A stretch of 64,000 nucleotides of DNA from the NCBI RefSeq assembly GCF_009914755.1, contig NC_060929.1; one strand, 5' to 3'. The stretch comes from the human T2T-CHM13v2.0 reference genome, Homo sapiens. Positions 58,410-64,000 of this stretch are shown here, piece after piece. The notes below the pieces were generated by a model. It searched no databases and was not told where the DNA came from. It saw only the letters and a list, made by a program, of their open reading frames with translations. The number at the start of each line of letters is the position of its first letter. Positions within the stretch are counted from its first letter, which is position 1. Both the position numbers and the translations under genes were made by a program.

Positions 58410-59660
58410 TTTTAAGACAGAAGATACTATATGCAAAGTTAAAGGAGAAGTGAGAGATTAGGAAAATATTTTTGCCACATAAGTAAACAGACAAATGATT
58501 ATTTATAAAATATGTAAAGAACCCCCACAAATTAATAAGTAAAAGAACCTCTGAACTTTAAAATAGGCAAAGGGTAGGATAAGGTAATTCAGAGGCGAGA
58601 AACCTGATTGACCAATGAACATGACAATATGCTAATCTTTGTAATAACAGGAAAGTACATAATAAAGAAACAAGATGTCATTTCTCACCATCAGATTGGC
58701 AATGGTTAAGAAGTCTGGCAATGGTTAAAAAGTTAAGTGTTGCCAAGGATGTGAAAGGAAGCTTCCACATACCACTTCCATGAAGGCAAATTGGCAGAGT
58801 AACTTTAGAGATCAATTTGACTATGTCTAGAGTAGAATTTTAATGTGTGGACCATGTAACCCAGCAATTTTTATTTCTACTTCTTTATAATTTGTTTATA
58901 TATTTTGTGGAAACATGTATTAGGAGATAGATTATTTGCATCTTTTTAACAGTGAAAATTTGGAAACAACTAAAAATATCTGTGTATATGGGAAAAGGTA
59001 AATTTTTTGGAGGCTGTTAATGTAGTGAAATGTTACATAGCAGTTTATAGTATAATAATGAACTCCGTTACTATAAACTTGTATATAGCATTCCATTATA
59101 TTAGCAGATTTATCATTATTAATCAGCTTATAGTCCTAGCTACCAAGCAGGCTGAGGTGGGGGTATTACTTGAGCTGAGGAGTTCAAGGCTGCAGTGAGC
59201 TAGGCTCATGCCACTGCACTCCAGCCTCGGAGACAGAGTGAGATAAATAAATAAATAAATAAAAATAAAAAGTAAATCTCAATATCATAATATTGGGTGA
59301 AAACAAAAGATTCACAGCAACATGAACATTTTATATAAAGCTAATACATATATAAAATAATTCTATATCTTATTTCTAAATACACCCCCCAACACACCCA
59401 CAAACCAGAAGAACATATATTAAAACTATCACAGCATTTACCTTTGGGAAAAGGGTAGGGAAAGAGCTGGGAACCAGGCACAAAGGAGTCAGATAGGACT
59501 TTATCTGCCATGTTTTATTTCTTGAATTCAGTGAGGAAACAAATGTTATACAATGTTCATAAACAGTTAAGTCTCTGCTGTGGGTACATGAGCCTTTGTT
59601 ATAGCATTATTCGTAGTCTCTCATAGTCCCATCGTTTAAATTTTTTTCTCAAGAAAACCA
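58410..59660 (+). mobile_element. Old L1 (L1ME-like), sense
   Basis: catttctcaccatcagattggcaa...aagtgttgccaaggatgtg...aatttggaaacaactaaa; A-rich. Confidence 0.7.
59125..59270 (+). mobile_element. Alu monomer fragment (FAM/FRAM-like)
   Basis: tatagtcctagctacc...aggagttcaaggctgcagtgagct...ccactgcactccagcc plus (TAAA)n. Confidence 0.85.
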
Positions 59661-61089
59661 TATTAAATCTTTCAGACCAAACAATTAGCATTAAGGATTC
59701 TAGTTTTCTTACTCTGAGATTTTAGGGAAGTCATTGAAAGCCTTTATCCTTTATCCTCATGTGTCCAGAAGGAAGATAAGCATTTTCACAACAGTGGTCC
59801 TGAATATTCATCCTTTAATATTCATCTCAATTCCTACTTCCTCTGGGAAACCTTCTCTCCCCCTCCTTTCTCTCCACTGCCCAAAGGTACATGGACATAG
59901 GTCCTCTATGTTCCCAGCAATGTGTGCAATCCTGTCTCGTAACACCTAGCACATTCTTTTGTGATAAATCTCACTGTGGGCCAGTCTCTTCCAATAGATA
60001 AGGAAATCTTAGCTATGGTACATGTCTTGGTAAGGAGCAAGTAGTAAGTGCTCAATAAATAGAACTTCGTAGCCAGAGAAGATGCTTAACAAATCTTTAA
60101 TGAAAGAATAAATGATCAACAGAATAAAAATATGACAAGACTTTTTATAGCAAGACATCTTATAAGGGCTCCTGAGGTTGTTATTCTTCTTTTCACATCA
60201 GTGAATGAATGTAATCCTCCCAAATTATGTAACTTTAGCCTACAAGTTATATCCTTGAGATTTTCCTGCACCGTGAATAGGGTCATCAATATGTTGTCAT
60301 AGAGACACATCAACATTTGCACTTCAGCACAATAGAGAATAAATATTTTACACCCCTTTTTCTGGTTCATAATTTGAGATAAGCTTACACTGAAGTTATA
60401 AAATGACAGTTCATTTAACAAACATTTTAAAAGAAGAATAAAGGTTCTCTCTCAGTCACTGAATAAAATTAATATAAACAGCACTGGGTGGTTGTCCACG
60501 GTGATCGTTGGCACTCTGTCAGCTCTCCAGAGGGGTTTTTGACATGTGAAGGACGTGGGGTTTTAGTGCTTTCAGAGTATCTGGAAAATACATTTTTATT
60601 GTTCTTCTTCATGGATGGAAAAGCTTTATGAAGTTGTTTTATTTTTAAAGTGCTTGATGTTTTGAATGAGGATCTTTTCTTCTACCATTAACAAAGGGAA
60701 TGACACACCACAGCCTTGTTAGCCTGAAGCGCAAGGAATGAAATCCCAGGGAGATAAAAGACCCTCAGGGAACTGAGGCTTAAGAAGAAAGGGTGTATGT
60801 TTCAGGAAGAACCATGTTTTTCTATCCTTTGAGACAGTGGAAAATTATTTTGGTCTCCTCTAAAAGGCACTCTGTAGAGATATCTTCTTGAAAGTGACTT
60901 ATTTGTACTTTGCCCATGTTTTAGACTATAAAGTATTAAATTTTCTTCTCTATTAATTTATCTCATAGTCATGGATTTTCCTATGTTTAAAGTCCATGGA
61001 GAACATTATAGCCAAACCTCATATAAATATATATTGTCAAGTCAGTATACTGATTTTGATGCATCCTAATAAATACTTGATATTTATAA

Positions 61090-61357
61090 TTTTTTTTTTT
61101 TGAAACAGAGTCTCACTCTGTTGCCTAGGCTGGAATGCAGTGGTGTGATCTTGGCTCAAGTGATTCTCCTGCCTCAGCCTCCTGAGTGCTGGGATTACAG
61201 GTACGCACCACCATGCCTGGCTAATTTTTGTATTTTTAGTAGAGATGGGGTTTCGCCATGTTGGCGAGGCTGGTCTCATACTCCTGACCTCAGGTGATCT
61301 GCCCGACTTGGCCTGCCAAAGTGCTGGAATTACAGGCATGAGCCACTGTGCCGGGCC
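61090..61357 (-). mobile_element. AluS, antisense, with ~24-nt internal deletion
   Basis: cttggctca|agtgattctcc lacks the ctgcaacctccgcctcccgggttc segment; TSD gatatttataat / gacatttataat. Confidence 0.92.
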
Positions 61358-61570
61358 GACATTTATAATATTGAAGGCATATGTAGTGTTAGTTATTGCA
61401 AACAGTAACACCAGTGGGGTTAGTTATGTATTATAAGCGGACATCTCTTTCCCTATGATAAGCTTGAGTTCTAAGATTTGATATGTTATCCCACTGTAAG
61501 TATCTGGTAGAGATGTATCTTAAAGTTCTTGACCCCTATGTAATTCAACAATTAGATCCCAAGGCTATTA

Positions 61571-61925
<355 letters not shown>

Positions 61926-63404
61926 CACCTGACCTGCTCAGTTCACCTAGGGTTTGTTTACACCTAGTACAGGTACACAGAACTGGGCATTTCTGTTGCT
62001 GTCATTTAGAATCAGTTCCTTTAATAAGCATCTTACAGTTCAAAATGCATTTCAAGGTTGTATCTGTTGTCTTAGTTGGTGAACCATGGGCATAGATAAA
62101 CTGAAGAAAAATCAAGGCAGTGAGATTATTTGGTGCCTCTCAATTTGGCAATGCTGTCCAGATTTTATTTATGACATCTTTTTATACTGAAGTGGGGATT
62201 GCTAAGAAAGTCATGTTTTTGTTTATTTCTCCTTTCATATTTCCGGACCCCATATACAAGCCTACACTTCTGGACATACAGTCACCAGCAAGTAGGAAAT
62301 GTCTAAACTCCAGTTTTTAATTGGCAATGAAAAAGACTAAATGTAAAGTAGTTCTGGGTTTCCTTGCAGGCCTGAACTCACTCCAGTTGTCTTTGTAAAA
62401 ATGAATAAAAGGTCCAAGCCTTGTTTTTTTCTTGATAGAGTTACTGGGCAATTTCGTTTTTGAAATTTTACATTGTGAGAACTAAGTTGTCCTTTCTGGC
62501 ATGAATGATTCATGCAAGACAAACAAATAATACAAACCAAGGTCAGACACGTTAGTGCAGCTTCATACACAGTTGGAGGATGTTTTTCTAGGGCATTCTT
62601 TTTGCTGGGCTGGGACATCCCAATGTGCAAATCAGGGAATTTCTGCTGTTACTAGATCTGTGCAGTGTCACATATAACAAAAAGTACTTTTTGTGTAATT
62701 AGTGTGTTCCACCATCTTCATTTTACAACAAATAAAGGTTGGGGACTACCCCAAGGTTCTGTAGCGATGAATTGGCCATGGGCTAGCTAGGGCCCAGGTC
62801 TAGGCAATGTAAAGAGGCTACAGTCCCTCCTTGAGCCAGCTAGTGATTGAGGAATTTTGTAACAAGGTGAACATGATGGTAAACATCACTTCTTTCTTAA
62901 AGGGCAAAATGAGTTCATCTATTTTTATCAATTGCTTGGTTGGTTGCTGATAGAGTCCTTTGGATGAGACAATGTATTAATGTACCCTTATTCCTTCCTC
63001 CAGAGCACCTCTCCATTTAACATTTCTGTTTATCTCTAATCGTGCCCCCTTTCTTGTCCTTTGTCTACCTGAAAACAAGAGATTTACTAGATTCTCTCCA
63101 TGTGTTCAAAGACTTTTTCTAATGCCTTGTTTTTTTGTCAATACCTGTGTGATTATGGACATGATAGGATATTCCTTATCAAAACTATTCTGATGAACCT
63201 GCTGCTACATCTTGAAGCCTGGGAACTGTCATTTTAAGCAAACAACTATTATTTCTCAGATAAACAGTTGTGAGACATTTGTTCTAGAATGTTCCCCTTT
63301 GAAAACCAGGCAGAAGCAGTTAATCTGCACTGATTCCGGTTTTGTAATTGATGACCATCACTTCTTTGGGGTGTTCAGCGTGGCATAAGGGATGATTGCA
63401 GCTT

Positions 63405-63630
63405 TGGAGACATTGCATTGATGGATTTGGGTTGAACCCTTGCTTTTGCCACTCAAACGCCAAGTGGCTTTGAGCAAATTGCCATTTGAGTTCATTTTGC
63501 AAATGGAAATATTGGAATAATTATATCTAACTCATTGAGTTATTGTGAGGTTTAAATAAAATAGCTGCATAATGTCCCTCATAATGTAATAATGCCTGGC
63601 ACATGTTAGAAACTCAATGTATCTTAGAAA
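63405..63630 (+). mobile_element. MIR
   Basis: gggttgaaccct...tttgagcaaatt...tgcaaatggaaata...gttattgtgaggtttaaat...atgcctggcacat. Confidence 0.75.
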
Positions 63631-63947
63631 GCCTCCCGCTCCACTCTCTGTTTCGTGTCGTTTGCATGGAAAATTAGGCTGAGGGTTTGAGGCAGGTTAG
63701 GAGAGAAGAATGTACCTAGAATTTTGATGATGATTTTCTGGGTTTCTCTGCTTGTGAAAGTTATAGCGCTCTACACTCACAATCACTCTCATTTATTCAC
63801 CAGATATTTTCTGAATGCCAGCCATGTGCCAGGTACTACATGGGCCTAATTTTCAGATCCATATACTCTTAAAGCTAATGACATTGATACTATGTTCATA
63901 GCAAGCTTTCTAGCTTTTTTGTTTGTATAGTATTATCATTATTATCA

Positions 63948-64000
63948 TTTTGAGGCAGGATCTCACTCTGTCACCCAGGCTGGAGAGCAGTGGCACCATC
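63948..64000 (-). mobile_element. 3' end of an antisense Alu cut by the window edge
   Basis: ttttgaggcaggatctcactctgtcacccaggctggagagcagtgg. Confidence 0.85.

Noticed and set aside
58697-58733. 19-bp tandem duplication (a similar 18-bp one near 48586-48620)
   Set aside because: Common slippage duplications within dead L1 sequence.

Overview
This is primate (very likely human) genomic DNA, not prokaryotic: AT-rich, CpG-depleted and dense in Alu, L1, L2, MIR, LTR and DNA-transposon relics. It lies inside MEGF10 on the + strand. Four exons with canonical AG/GT boundaries (7073-7206 with ATG at 7091, 14902-15003, 16312-16412, 45693-45785) splice in frame to the signal peptide, EMI domain and first EGF-like repeat ([39 protein letters not shown]...[10 protein letters not shown]). 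The rest is intron, and the ORF track is mostly noise or repeat-derived. I see no novel multi-gene system. The best unexplained signals are structural: (1) a 94-nt near-perfect hairpin at 11776-11869 next to a palindromic 30-bp tandem repeat; (2) a young ~150-bp inverted duplication (25822-25973 / 27513-27663); (3) an L1MA insertion with twin-priming inversion; (4) an ERV-L remnant with a dUTPase-like motif in a three-layer nest; (5) an Alu layout compatible with an AUG-containing circular RNA. Repeat subfamily names come from recalled consensus sequences and old-repeat boundaries are approximate; both need RepeatMasker confirmation.
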